A stretch of DNA of 64,000 nucleotides from Acanthaster planci. Its lineage: Eukaryota. This document shows, one piece after another, positions 1-14,300 of the stretch. A program made the translations under genes and the position numbers. The first letter of the stretch is position 1. Each line of letters begins with the position of its first letter. The notes beneath the pieces are model-generated. The model had not been told where the DNA came from. It ran no database searches and saw only the letters and a list, made by a program, of their open reading frames with translations. Where the stretch lies: positions 4,700,625-4,764,624 of the forward strand of contig NW_019091355.1 in assembly GCF_001949145.1 (NCBI RefSeq), read 5' to 3'.

Positions 1-2358
1 TTCTTCCTCAATTCTTTCCTCTCTTACAATTGCTTCTAGCTCTTGCGGTGGCTCCTCTTCTTTTTGTACATCCGCTTTATCTGGAAGCATGGCCTCTTCG
101 GATGGCTCTTTTTCAGTTGTCCTGGCCTCCTCATGAAGACCATAGACAAAAGATGACTGTACAATTGTTTGATGGGCACTGATATGAGTTTCTGTATGAA
201 CCTCCATTTTCTCTTCCACATCTTCCAGTTCTCGATCTGGCTCCTTATGGTATTCCTCTACTTCAGTTCCCTCTTTTTCTTGTATTTCCTGATCGGAAGG
301 TATTTCTGGGACAACTTCCTGTTCAGGAGCGGCTTCTTCGGCTATTTCTTCTTTCACAACTATCTCTTCTTGTGGCTCTTGTTCTTGCTCTTCTGGTGCA
401 GTTTCCTCTTCTTTCAACATAACTTCTGGAGCAACTTCTTCCCCAATCATCTCCTCTGCTACTACAACTTCATCAGGTTGTTGCTCAGGCTCCTGGAAAG
501 TGTCCTTTGGTGCAACTGGAACAACTTCTTCCACAGCAGCTTCTTTAACTTCTTCCTCTGCAGCTGCAACCTCTTCAGGTTCTTCCTCAGGCTCCTGGGG
601 TGCGGTTTTCTTGTATTCCCAAACATCTTCTGGCACAGCTTCTACTTCTGGTGCAGATTTTTCCTCTATTTTTTCCTTTTCCATGATAACTTCCTCTTGA
701 ACTGGCTCTGGCTCCTCATAAGTTATCTCCTGGACAATTTCCTCTTCTCTCTTTACTTCCGCTCCTTGAAGACATATTTCAGTTGCCTTTTCCTCAATTC
801 CTTCCTCTGCTTCAACTGCTGGTTCCAATTCTGTAAGAACTTCCTCTTCGTTTTTTATATCTTCTTTTACTGGAAGTGCTGCTGCTCCAGGTGCCTCTTC
901 ATCACTTGTTCTTGCCTCTTCATGAAAATAGGTGACAGTAGACTTGACGATGGTTTGCTGGACACTGATGTGAGTTTCTGTATGGACTTGCATCTTATCC
1001 TCCTCTGGAATGTGTTGAGCAACATCTACAGGAACCACAGCTTCTGCATGTTTCTCTTCCATGCTCACTTCTTGTGGTTCTTGATCGATCTCCTCTGGTT
1101 CTGTTACCTTTCTCTCAGAGAGAACTTCTGGGACAATCTCTTCTTCAGGGGCAACCTCTTCCTTAAGTGCTTCCTCTTCCACAACTCCCTCTTCTTTGAG
1201 TTCTTTCTCAGGTTCCTCATATATTTCCTCTGGTGCAGCTTCCTCTTCCTCAAGAGCAACATCAGGGGCAACTTCTCCAGGTCCAGTCTCTTCCTCAAAT
1301 CCTTGCTCTCCCACAACTTCCTCTTCTCGGCGCTGTTCCTCAGGCTCCCCAAAGGCTGCCTCTGGTGCAATTTCCTCTTCAGAGACAGCTTTTCGGGAAA
1401 CTTCTTCAAGTGCAGCCATTTCCTCAATTCTTTCCTCTTCCATGACTATCTCTTTTAGAGGTTCTTGGTCTAGTTCCGTGTATGTTTCCTCTGGTGTAAT
1501 TTCCTCTGCTGGTAGAACTTGTGGGGCAACCTCTTCTTCTGGTGCAGCCTCTTCCTCAATACCTTCCTCTTCCAACACTGGTTCTTCCTGAAGCTCTTGC
1601 TCCTCTTCAACTGTTGTGTCATCCTTTTCTGTTTCCTCTTCTTCCAGTGGCACCTCTGGGGTGACTTCTACTACTGCAGCTTCAACTTTATCTTCCTCCA
1701 CTTCCACATCTGCTTGTGGCTCAGGACTCCGATCTTCTTGGATTTCTTCAGGCTCCTCCTCTGCTGTGGAGGTAATGTGAATGACTTCTCTGTGAACAAC
1801 TGTCTCGGTTTTGTGTATAGTTGTCTGCACCAGGACATCAGCTTCTGTCTGTGGTGGTCCTTCCGTTTCTGCCACTCGTTTTGCAGGAATGTCATCCGGA
1901 ATTTCTTCAATGCGCACATCTTCTTCTGGTTTGACTTCAGGCTCTTTGGTAACATCCGGTTGCTTTACTCTTTCCTCCTTGACGTCTCGGAGTTCTTCTG
2001 GAATTTCTTCAACAATGTCCTCAGAGGGTTCTTCGGGTGGTTTCTCAGCTTCTTCCTCTACAACTACCACCTTTTTCTCTGCTTCTTCCAGTGCCACCTT
2101 CTCCGCAACAAGAGCCTCTTCTTGGACATTCCCTTCTTTTTCTTCAGGGGAAACTTCAACAGGCTCCACAGGAGCATCCTTACTTTGAAAAACCACAGAA
2201 GTAGTCACCTCTGCCACATCGGGCACAGAAATCCCTCCGTCTGTTGTTCTCATCGTTTTGGTTACCTTGGTTGTGGTTATTCTTTCCTCTCGGAATACAG
2301 TGGTGCCATAGACAGCCACTTCCGGCTCACTTGACAGAGCTGGTTCCACTGATGGTTC
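1..2358 (-). CDS. ANK2: Giant Glu/Pro/Val/Ala-rich exon ([14 protein letters not shown]...), 786 codons, runs off the window
   Basis: TTTTCCTCATAG|GAA phase-0 acceptor; frame reads Glu-rich to position 1 and the ORF track shows no stop-terminated ORF in this frame. Confidence 0.9.
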
Positions 2359-5300
2359 CTATGAGGAAAACCTTTGTGTCAGGACCGCTGCATAACATCC
2401 ATGACCATGTCACACTTTTACTGAGGACAATACTTGTCAGGGTGAAATGCAATACTTGTGAGGGTGAAATACTGTCATGTCAAAATGTAATACCATGTAG
2501 TTATTTCTTTGCAAACAACCAAATGTAAATGTTTATCTCCTATCAAACGTACATAATATGAACAGGCCATTTAAAACTCAAACTTGAAATGCCCTTGAAC
2601 ATTTCAAAATACTTGAATTCCACATGTAAATATATCACATTATTGGCAAAATCAACTTTCACAGATTTCCTCCCAGCATTAAAATAAAGGAACAATCTGA
2701 TCTAAGTGGTTACCCCGAACAAAAATTTAAATGGAATAGAAAAAAAAAACCATAACCACCACCTACTACAGTGCCATTCAAGGATCATGCCAAAGACTGG
2801 ACTTGCAACCACCAGTGCTGGCGACCCAAAAAATTAATCCATTTTTAGTTTCAGTTCCAGCAGCTGAGACACCTCACCTATCTCCCCCCCCAACATACCT
2901 CTCGTTCTTGGGGGGCTTCAGGCACACTCTCTCCTCCACGTCTGGTTTTGGCCTCTACCTGTTCAACCAATTTCTCCTGCGGTTAATCACACGTGAGTCA
3001 CCAGCAATCAAGATACAACACACACACCAGACTATAACTAAGACAGTGCAAATGTGAAATGGTGCACTCTAATTCTATAAGCAATACATGCGCATGTCGG
3101 ATTTTGAAGCCATTCGTCTGTACACCAAACTGACATTTCATTCACTTTTCGAATGTTGAACAGAATTTAAACTTTTGACGAAATCTTTCATTTTTTAGAA
3201 GTTCAACCCTCTTGTGCATACATACATTCTGAACAAACACGTGATGTGTCTCTGCACTGTAACAGACATGGATTGAATTCCTCAGTTCCTGTGACAGTGC
3301 AAAGAGTCAGAGGGTGTATCCAAACATCCTCATTGTTATAAGTACGTGCCTTTCAGAACTCAGGAAGCTATGCAAGCAATCACATCCATCATGACTACCA
3401 GCTGCAGAAGTCTACTGCACAATCTAGGTTCTACGATGATTTTCATGCATGTTAATAAAGCAAGATGAGAAGCCATTGGGTGAGAAGGCAAATAAAAAAG
3501 GCACAAGCCATGCATGAGAGGGAACCATACAAGCCATCTTGTGAAAGTCATGCATTCCGGGGGAAGTGAACAAGTCCTGTGGAGGACACTTAGGGACAGG
3601 GAAGTCAACTTGTGTATGAACTTGTGATATTACTTAGTATGAACTGAATGCTTTAAAAATGCTGTATTTTTAATATGTTAGTTTAAAAAATTCAGCCTAT
3701 TGTTTTAAACAACAGTGATTATGCTACACTTTAAAATCAATCAGTTTATTCAACATTCAGAGTTTGATTTCAACATGGCCGAACACTTGTGTTAGCAGGA
3801 AAGATATTAGACAGAAATTACACCTACTTCGGTATGTTAGATACATTATTAAAACTAGCTCGAGAGATCTTTGACAAGAACTGCAAGTTACAGTACCAAT
3901 GACTAGCTGACAGGCTAGTAGCTTTATAATTCTAAACAAAAACAGAGACAGACAAATGTGAACAATATAAACAGACATGTAGACAAAAAACTGACTTGAA
4001 TTGACAAATAAATGAAATTTTTTAAAAAAAGTATAACAAATAATCACCAATCATCCATCCTTTAAGGCCCTAAATAAAAATAGTTAGAGAGGGACCATTT
4101 GGAGGGTTACTGAATTGGTGTTTCAGGTAGTTTGGGAGAATACAAGAGAAAAAAATGTAACCTACCTAGAAAACTCCAGTAAAGGATAATTTAATTCATT
4201 TAATTCAATGTGAAAAATGCACAGGATTGAATAATGTTTGGCATTAATATGTTGCATTCAGAAAATATTCATATCAATGCATTCATTCTTCAGACGTTTG
4301 ATGGATTCTGACTAGTATTTTATTATTCTCAAATCAAGGAATTAACTTTGAGGAATAAGTCATGCATGTTATAAATTTTTGGGGTGAGTTATTCATCAAC
4401 AGTGAAAGTAATAGGTCAGAATGATGTGAAGGTGTAATGGAACAATCCAAATGCTCAGTATTATGGTGGATTTTGCATTCCAAGCAAGCACATTATAGGG
4501 AGCTCTGGTTAATTTTGGGTTTAACATTGTGATGCAAGGTCAGGCACGAAGGTCAATGCTTCAAACTGATTTCACCTGCCGAATAAACGCTTACAACTGA
4601 CTTTCACTTCAGTATATTGCGAAAGAACACATGTCAAATCCAAAAACTATTGTGACTAACACTTCTTGTCCATTTTCTTTGCAGAAGTGGCAAAGCAACA
4701 GGAAAGCACAATTTCACTTTGTTTTGGGATTTTATCAGCAACTTCCAGCAACTTTTTTTTTGGCCAGTCTGCAAACAAGCACACAGCTCAAAGCAATCTA
4801 TGATTCTAAGTCGCTACTCTAAAAAGATGTCAGGAACTCCTTTGCCAGTTGTAAATATACCACAAATGAAAAATGAAAATAATCAACGCAGATTAAAACT
4901 GCAAACAGCAGGTTGTTAAAAATTTGCAAATGTCATCTTTCGATTTAAACTTGTCAAAATGTGGCTGTGCGTACCTTGGGCTTCTGCTCGGGCTGCTGTA
5001 ATTCCTCTTTTACATCCTAAGGAGAAAAACGGGGGAAAAAAATTCAGCTACTTTCAACCTGCAATAAAATCTGCCTAAAAATCTAACATCCCGTCCTGTG
5101 CTAATTTGAGGGCTTCTAGGATTAGACAGCTGAACCACCACTGCATCGGGTAAGACGTCCCAAACCTGAAGTCTGGAGAGTGCACCACTGGCTTTCTGCG
5201 TATTGTTGAATGTTGGGAGGTTAAGAAGAAAGCCCTGTAACAATGTGTATTCTCACCAAACTGAAGTGCACCCCCAATCGGTGAAGAAAGACGTTAAGTT

Positions 5301-8300
5301 ACGACAGGTTCTTGCACGCATCCTGCGTGTATGCAAAGACCATACATGCCGGAATAAATTAGTTACGCGTACTCAGCATGCCCCATGTCAAATGCGCATA
5401 TACTTTCGCACCTCATGGCGCACCTATGCAGTGAGTACGAACAAAAACCAGACTCTTTTGTTCCACTTGGAGCGGATACCGCTAAGGCTACCCTTGCACT
5501 TCAACAGGAAAAGAACGTGCTCTGGGCGTGATACCAGTAAAGAAACAGGTTCCTACATCCAGTGCTCATAGTATAGTGCATGCACTCTTTGTGGAAGAAA
5601 TCATGTAGCTCTCACTGTCACTTTAAAGTAATGGAGAGTACAAGTGGCAAAGACACAAACAAGCAATTTCAGTAGGAAATTCCATGCTCAAAATCGGACA
5701 TTACATCAAATGGACCTTTTTTTCTCCTTTTGTTTGTTTTGTTTTCTAAAAGAAAGTTCAAAATTCCGACTTCATAATCAGATTAAACATCAGGGTGCAT
5801 TTAAACAAGTGCATAAAGTTATCTAGCCAAATTCTAACTGTTTAATAACTGGTACCACACCTACTTTAACATCAGGACTATGTCAGAAAATTTAGTTGCA
5901 AAAACTTACAATGCTCCCAAATATGTTAACCACTTCCTGCCTGGCATTTCAGATCCGGACACGTATGCTTATATGCATGGCCGGGGTCTATTAACTCGGA
6001 CAAAGGGAACAGGGCCTTGTAACAAAAGACCATCCTCCAAACAAAAGACCAGGCTGCTGGGCATTACCAACATTTTTTCACTCTCAAAAGTGGAGATAAT
6101 CCTGCCTTGTTTTGAAACAGGATACCACAGTTAGGGGCATTTAGAGCGAGCGGATTACCGCCAGGGACAAAAGCACTCCACCACCGCAGTGATGAGCCAC
6201 ACAGCACCGCTGCATGATAATCTGGCCCCTATTGAAGAGAGGTCAGCAGCGCACTGAGCCAGATTCGTGAACACAAGAATATTACGTTAACACCACAAAA
6301 TCTGGGCTCTTTTTACAAGGCGGCAGGCCTGGTTGAAATACTCCAACGTCAATAGATTTTGTATGTCAGGCTAGAGTGTACACCAGACTGTCCTTCACGT
6401 GTTTGTAAGTGTCCAGTAAATGAAGATAGGAATTTTTAAAGAATTTTGAAAAACAGAAAAAACTGATAACTATTCCGGACCAGCATCATCAACATTGACA
6501 ACTGCCCCCGGCAGCAAGTGGTTAACAAAGCAAATTGCATTCTATTGCAATCTTTATCAGAAGCAGAGCAAATGAGTTGCAGTCGGCAGCCTGCACTGAG
6601 CCAGTTCTTTCACAGAGGCTTAAACTTCATGTTTTTCATCTGCCAAGCAACAGAAAGCCTCCTCACAATGTCAACTGTATGGAGTTTCTTCTCCTTTTGC
6701 ATCATTAATTTTCAAAATGTTGTTAACTCTGACAGTGACAACACTAACACGGTTATTGAATGGCAATAGAAGTCCATGCAGTAAAGAAAGCTAACAGCCG
6801 TGCATGAGGATGTTTGGCCATCAATGCACAGCAAAATGAAAATTTTTCAATACAAATAACCAGTATACATACATATGTATATTGTTTCACGAGCCAAGAT
6901 GACAAATGACATCATTCAGAAACTTGCTGTGAGAAGGCACGTTATGTCATATTGTGAAATGATGTGCCAGGATTGGTCAATAAGCAAAATACATTATTAA
7001 TGTTTACATGAATGAGTTTTAACATGCAAGATACCAACAAATTCATGCATGCTGTCCATAGACGTCGTGATATCAGACTGAAATAAATTTCATTAAATAA
7101 AAGCGACGTGCTCTTACGTGAAGTAACTGTGCTGCTAAAGACTGCAGGAAGAATGCAGATGAACAGAACAAAAAGAGTACGGGATTAACTGGAAACTACA
7201 GATGGTAGAGATGGATATTTTCGACTTGAGACCCCCCAAAAATCACAAAACAAAGAATAAATCTGCAAATTTCCAAAAAGTGAACCTTAATGCTGGATAT
7301 CTAACAGCTCCAAGCATAGCTTGGTCCTGATCAGGGGTATGTGAAAATATCACATCTCTATCGCAGTGACCACGCCAGTATTGTTCAAACTTCAAAGCAC
7401 AGAATCAAGGACACATTCTAGGTCAGGGCTGCTGTGCAGTATTCCGATGTGCACACTGGAGCATGAGCTCTTCTTAACACCCTCTAATTGTTGAATGAAA
7501 AAGCGCCCTCTGGCGTTCACAGGCAGAGCACGTAAGACGGTCACGTGGACCAGGCCGGTTTGACAGTGGCACATCACAAATACTGGCAGCTTGTTTGTAC
7601 AGAAACAGAGGCAGATTCCTGTATTGGCTGGCACACTCTTGTCCTCCCTGTTTGCGTCACTTTTTCACGTAAGGAAGCAAATGAATAAAAGCAACAGAAA
7701 TGCGCAGGAAGGAAAAGCAGAGAAATAAAAGTGACCATCACCAAATACAAAGATGGGTCCAACTAACAGTTTCTATTCACAATTCTGAGGGAGCATGCTG
7801 GTCAATGTAGGGAAGACCTTTGCCCGGTCTTTACAAAGTGTTAGTGCTGAGTTGGTGGCGAGCATGAAGTTTAATCAGTCAGTTTCCTGCTATTCATCCT
7901 CATGATTCTCTACTAACCAAAGGAATTGAAAAAAAAGCAGAAACAAATCCTGGCATGTATCCGCATCCGAATCGTCTGTCTGCGGCTAGCTCTCTGTCTT
8001 CACCAACTGCAATTATGCGGAAATGTGCTGACAACAGATGTAGCCGTAGCCAAAGTCTGTTTTGGATGTGGCATATGTTTCTTACATTCAGTTGTGATTC
8101 AATCTATTTGAAGGTCAAGTATCACTGCCGGACACTGACCTGCCTGTTCCCTCAGATTTGCAAACTACTAAATACAACCAAAAAGCGACCAAAAATTTGC
8201 AAATAAAGCACCATTTAAATGAAACAGGCCAATGATAATGGAAGGATGAGCTGCTGAAAAACCTGACAAAATGCCAGCTTTGCCCCTACCTCTGCGTAAC

Positions 8301-11300
8301 TTTCTAGGGGTGTACTGGGCTGTCGCCTAGGTTGTGTGGCAGACTCAGCGATAGTGACCTCAGACGCAGGGCCGTGGGGGAAGTCAGATTCTGAGCGGTC
8401 TGTCTCGGGGCTTGACTCCAGGCCGGTGCGCACCGTGACCTGGTGGAACGACGTGGTGTAGGTGGAGATGACCCCAACCTCCTGCCCCGGAGGGGAGATG
8501 GGGCTTTCGTCGAACGCCTGGGCACCATGGTTGATGCTGTACTTGGTGTCGGTCACATCGGGCCCACAGATCCGGGCTGAGTCGTCAAGGGGCTCGGGCT
8601 CACAGATCAGGTCCGGGTTGATGCCCTGGACGGTGGACTCGGATGTGGTGGAGATTGGGGGCTCCTCAACAGAATCTGGCTCCATCTCATAGTGAGGGTT
8701 GATGCCTTCCACCTCTGGCACTTTGTCGGTGGTGATAATCTCTTCTGAGACAGAGTCTGGACCCGCTTCATAATGGGGATTGATGCCTTCCTCCTCGGCT
8801 GTCTTCGTGACTTCTACAATCTCATCTGGCTGCGACGTCACCACCATGTACTCATCGATGTCCGGGTCAGATTTGCGATCGGGAACCTCGTCAACCTCAA
8901 TCCGCACAGGGGCATGCTTCTCAGTGTACGAGTATTTCTCTGTCACAGTTGTGGTGGTGGAGATCTTAGTCTGGACCTCATCGGGGCCTGTGTAAACCTC
9001 CGTCTCGGCCGAGGATTCGGACTCCGACTCGACTGGGCCGTCTTGGTGCCCGTCGGCCACTGCCTGGGTTCGTACTATGTGAGTCTGCTCAACGACAACC
9101 GTTCGGGTAGGGAATGTTTGTGTTGCGTCTCCAGGCAAGGCCTAGGTGGAGGGGAGTGGCGTAAATTGGAACAACTTAAAATTAGAAAGCGAGTATTTCC
9201 ACACTGAATATTCTCCCTTTTTCAGGCCAACTAGAAATGTCAACACTGAATAGATTACCAAAAAACCTCACGGGCTAGTTACTTTGCCATAGCTCAAATT
9301 AAATGAAGGCTTCAACTCTGAGTCTATGTCTCTAGATCTAAGATAGGTTAGTACCATACAAGGCAGAGTTAGTTGCGCTCATTCGAGTTACAGGCAACGG
9401 TATAGGCAACATATTACTGCCAATCTCTTAACATCTCAGGGTTCAAAGCAAAACTTCCAAGGACACAGGGTATCCATTCCGCTGATGTGTACAGAGATAA
9501 CCGATTTATGACCAAAGATTACAGGAATCAGAAAGGAGATGCTTTCCGCAGAGTCCAGGGGTCATTACAAGCATGCACTCATGACAAGTCTGTTTTTTTA
9601 AACAGCATATATGCAATGACAGCCTGCCTCATGTCGCTTGATTTTTTTTAATGACAAGTTAAGCATTTGGCATGCTATGATGCATCCAAAAAATCAGTTC
9701 TTTCAAAAAACAAATCACTCAAATGAACAGCTTGCAAAGTCTGAAATTAAAATGCAAAGATCAAAAAGTTTAGAGATTATGTCAAAAAGGATAAAAACAC
9801 AAATGAATACTGAAAAGAATATTCCCAGAAATCTGAGGGAATGGACAGAATTACCTTGGTTTCTGTTGGAGTCTGTCCGTCTTCCTGTTTAAAAATAATG
9901 GAGGGCAATAACATGACACTTTGCACAATAACCAAATTCAACCCCAGCGAAATACCCGTGGGAAGTTAATGCTAAGTAATACAGTCCTAGATGTACATGT
10001 ACATCCCCTTGAAAATAAAATAAAATAAATGTAAAAAAAAAAATAAAAATAACCCTCTGCGTATATTTGTAAAAAAAGGCCATGCAAATTCAGTATCGAG
10101 TTACAATGTTCACACGCGGGAATCAGAAGTAGCCAGACAAGGGGTAGCTCTGAAGGAACAATTTGAATACTAAAGGCAAATTCATATGTCGGTCAAATTA
10201 AGCAGGGTCAACTTACGATGGATTAGCTTGAACGAGATAAACCACAGCAGTTACGTCACCTTGACGATAACTTATAATGGTAACTGCACTGTTTTGTTTG
10301 CTGTTATTTCATGTTGTAATGGTTTGAATTCCGATGCATTTTCGCCAGTTGTACATTAAGCGCTGCTCTTTAGGCTGAATGGTCTGGTTTACGGCTGCAA
10401 CCAGTTCAAGGTTTAGGGCAAACTTGTGCACCATTCTATGAAGCCTCACTGTGAGTAGAGCTACATGTAACTTGACTATTAGGGTAAAGAGTGGTGTCAA
10501 GGAGGGTCAATTGAGACAAGAAAATTTTGTAAGGTCATGATCAATTCCTGCCTGAGATTCTAGCTTACTTCTTGACTTTCCTCGAGTACGTCCACCGTCG
10601 GCTCAAACTGCATCTCCCGTCTCTCCTCCTCGTGCTTCTCCAAAATCTCCTCCTTCATCTCCTGATCAAATAAAAGCCACGCCCCCAAAATGGAGAGAGA
10701 ATGAAGCCCCCATCAGTGACTGCACACTAGACATCAAGGGGATGCACAGGGTGTCATCCAAACTCAAGCTCTCAAGCAAGTCTAACTTGGACTCAGTGGG
10801 ATCAAGGAAATATCCTTACTTTCCTTCAACAGCTACTTCTCAGATTTACCAGCATCTGTAGGTTTTCTACAATATTTCTTCAATCTACAAATCTATTAAA
10901 ATGAGCACAACGTAAGAGCTGATGACAGGCCCACTCAAAGGAACTGTGGCAGTATTGAGGGCCAAAAATAATTGACTCAAAACTCACCTCATACAGCTCT
11001 GCTGCTCCGGCATCCTGAAACAAAAGAAAGGCGGAATTAATCACAAGCCTTCTCCGATGCACTTTAAGGGACACTTAACCCCAAAGCCTACTTTTTGACT
11101 CATAAGTCTGAACACTTTGGTGCATAGCACTACCAATTCCAAGAGAAAAAGTTAGTTACTAGACCCCATTATTGGAAGTGATATAATTTATGCCTACAAA
11201 ATAAATTTCAAAAGATATTCAGTGAGGTAAAGCATCCTAAAAATAAGTTCCTGAATGAGGTAGTTATAATCCTGCAGGCTACAATATCTTAATGACATTT

Positions 11301-14300
11301 TGTACACCACTTGGCTTACTATTACACACATGTACATGTATGCATGCAGAAAAATCTCGGCGAAATTCTATGTTCATAATGAGGAAGTACTTTCACACAT
11401 GATTAAGCCGGGGGGGAAGAGGTTATTTTCTAAGCTTGCAAATTGTGTTGAAATTTGCACTTCAAAAATTCATAGTTTTAGCATTCCCGCATTTGCACAC
11501 TGTGATCTTGCTTTGAGGCTGTTGGCATGGCGTATTTAAAAATATGCTTCTTTTGTTTTTTACAACCTGCAAGCCGAGGTGACCATGCACATTCGAGTTT
11601 ATTTTGGTTATGGTGTGCATTCAATCGACTACTGCACTTTTGTGCTATCGTTAGCAATGCAGCTCCATCACTTGGCTTTGCTGCTGCTCAACCACTGCAG
11701 CAAAAGCCTGTAATCTAAACCTTTATTTAAGTCCAGCCCTGAGATAATTATGAATCTAAAACTGATATTTTCATCTTTGTCAAATTATATAAAAGTATGC
11801 CTACTGATGTGAAACAATGTGATAGAGTTTTATGTATGGATAAGTATGTATAACCAAGGGAATTCCTTTAAGGTTGTTCAAGTCGTTAAGAGCCTATGAT
11901 TCAAAATTAAGAGAAAATATGTAACGCATACAAAACTGACAGGAGTTTGACAAGTTTGGGCACTGACAGAGACACAAAAAAGAACGTGAAATGACTGAAC
12001 GAACACATCATGTTCAAGAAAACCTAGTGTCACAAAATGGTACAAAATTGTGAACAAAATGTGCTACACTTGTAATATTTACACTAGCAAAAAGTAAACG
12101 CAAGTATTCAAGGTGTGTTACTCACCAAGCTTTGAAACAAGCATGCATGCAGGCAACACCCAGGGGTTCGGACGGATGAGACAGGGAGGGGTATCAATGC
12201 ACATGTACACACACACATCGCAGCTGAATACGGCAACGGGTCATAACTACGCACTACGACAACCAAACCGGTTCAAGAAAGGGGTGGAGGGGTGGGGAGA
12301 TCATTGGACGGGGAAACAGAGGGTCGGCTGCGTGTTCGTGGCGTGACGATTTCTTGAATGGCGGTGAGAAAGATGCGCAGCCAACAGGAGTGTTGCCGGA
12401 CATTCGGCTCAAGAATGCAACATAAAGACATTTTGTTGGGCGTAAAACATAACAAAAAGAGGAGAGTACCTGGCCGAGATTGAAAGAATTGAATATATCG
12501 CTAAAATCACATGCACCTGTTGCCGGTACCTTGGAAGGAGAAAAGAAATAAAATCAATGTCACACACACAGACGAAACATTGTCAGATAGGGATGAAAGA
12601 TGTGGAAAAGGATGGGATTTTTTTTTTGGGGGGGAACTCTTCAGCTAGAGAAGGAAATGTGCGCATCCGATTTTCATACACAAATTGTGTGTAGTGACTA
12701 GTGAGCAGGACTGCGGGCACGTTGTAGTTTCCTTCCCGCGTTCGCTAGCTGGGAAAAAAAAAGAAAGAAAGCCAGTCGACACGAAGAGCAGCAGCTGCAG
12801 ATTGAAAGCAAGCGACAGCGTTCAACCTCTGCATGGAATACGATGTGACACACTGATGTTTAGGCGGATGCCCACGCAATGAACTGATTTCGCGAGGATG
12901 CTCAGATTCCAACCTGCTTTTGATTTTGAGATGCTCACCACTCAAGTCTCAAACAATCGTCAAATGAACACAGTCACTTTAAGGAGGCATACGCACACAT
13001 ACATGCAACACATTCACGGTTGTACAACACTACCGCAGTCCAGGCAATTTTTGGGCAACACACTGCTTCATAGCAAAAACTTTCAGAATGCCACACAGAA
13101 ACAGAAATACAACCACACACCTGCCAAAGAATTTGAAAACACTGTATGACAAGCATTATTGCGGACGAATGACTTTTTAAAAGCAGAATGTTACGAGATG
13201 ACTCTTACAAGATGACTGTTAACACTTGCACTGAGCTACTTACATTACAAATACAGGGGTGAAGAAATAACACAACAGCCCTACTTAAAAATATCTTTCA
13301 CAATCTTTTCAATATGTTTTAGCAACTGCAAACACTGTGTATTAGAAACCTCACTCAGAGCCACAAGAATTTTCTCTAACACTCAGATGGCCTCAACAGA
13401 CAAGTACATATTTGTATGAGTAACTAGTATCGTCATAATGCCAAAGACGTGGTCAGAAGACCCTGGCTGCTTCTTTGACAGAAGCGACAAATCTCCCCGC
13501 TTTTTTGCAAACAAAAGAACAACCAATGAGAGCTTAGAGAACACACAAGAGAGAAAAAACAAGAATTAGCAACTCAGGCGGACCTTTGGAACCAGCTACA
13601 GAGTTCATAAGACCAAAATCATAAATCGGGTGAGAAAGTTCAGGATGAGAATTGCGCTAGCTAGCAATACCTCTGGAATTCCAGCAGCGATAGCCTCCTC
13701 CTTCAATTCCTAGAGCAGAGGGTGTAGAAGAGGGTAAGGGGACAAGAAAATGAAGGATACGTTGAGGTGAAGTTCTAGGGGACTGGCTTGGAACTACACC
13801 GTATAGTCTACAACACAGGCTCAATGGCAACAATCTGGGTCTGGTAACCTTTTCCCTTGTGTTTAAAAACGTGCTAGCACATAGGCACGAACTTGCTCAA
13901 CAGAGTCTGTCATTGTTTGGATTTCTGTAATGAGACAGAAATTTTTGATAGACTTGACAGTTTTCTCTAAGTATCAGCACACTCCTATCTCGGGCATTTA
14001 TGTCACAGAAGGCGCCACCCGCTTCCCCGGGACAGGATAATGCACTTTCAAATGACTGCCTAATGTAATCTGGGAAATAAAAAACAATTTGAAAGACAAA
14101 AGCAGCATACACGGTCTTTCAGGATAAATGAATTGTACAAGAAGGCATCTCTCTGTCAATTCTTTGAGTCTTAAATCTAACAAATTAACCAGACTATCTG
14201 AGCAAGCTCTACTTAATTAACCCTCCAAACCAGCAGCCCACATCAAAACACTGCCACCAAATTGTCAATGTAACTGAGCAGCACTGAATGTTACATGAAA

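Noticed and set aside
169..2334. Long Phe/Leu-rich plus-strand ORFs (429 and 271 aa) resembling membrane proteins
   Set aside because: Codon-aligned antisense shadow of the Glu-rich minus-strand exon (GAA/GAG read as TTC/CTC).
6189..6258. Box C (GTGATGA) and box D (CTGA) motifs suggesting a C/D snoRNA
   Set aside because: Antisense to the host transcript, with no convincing terminal stem or recognisable guide.
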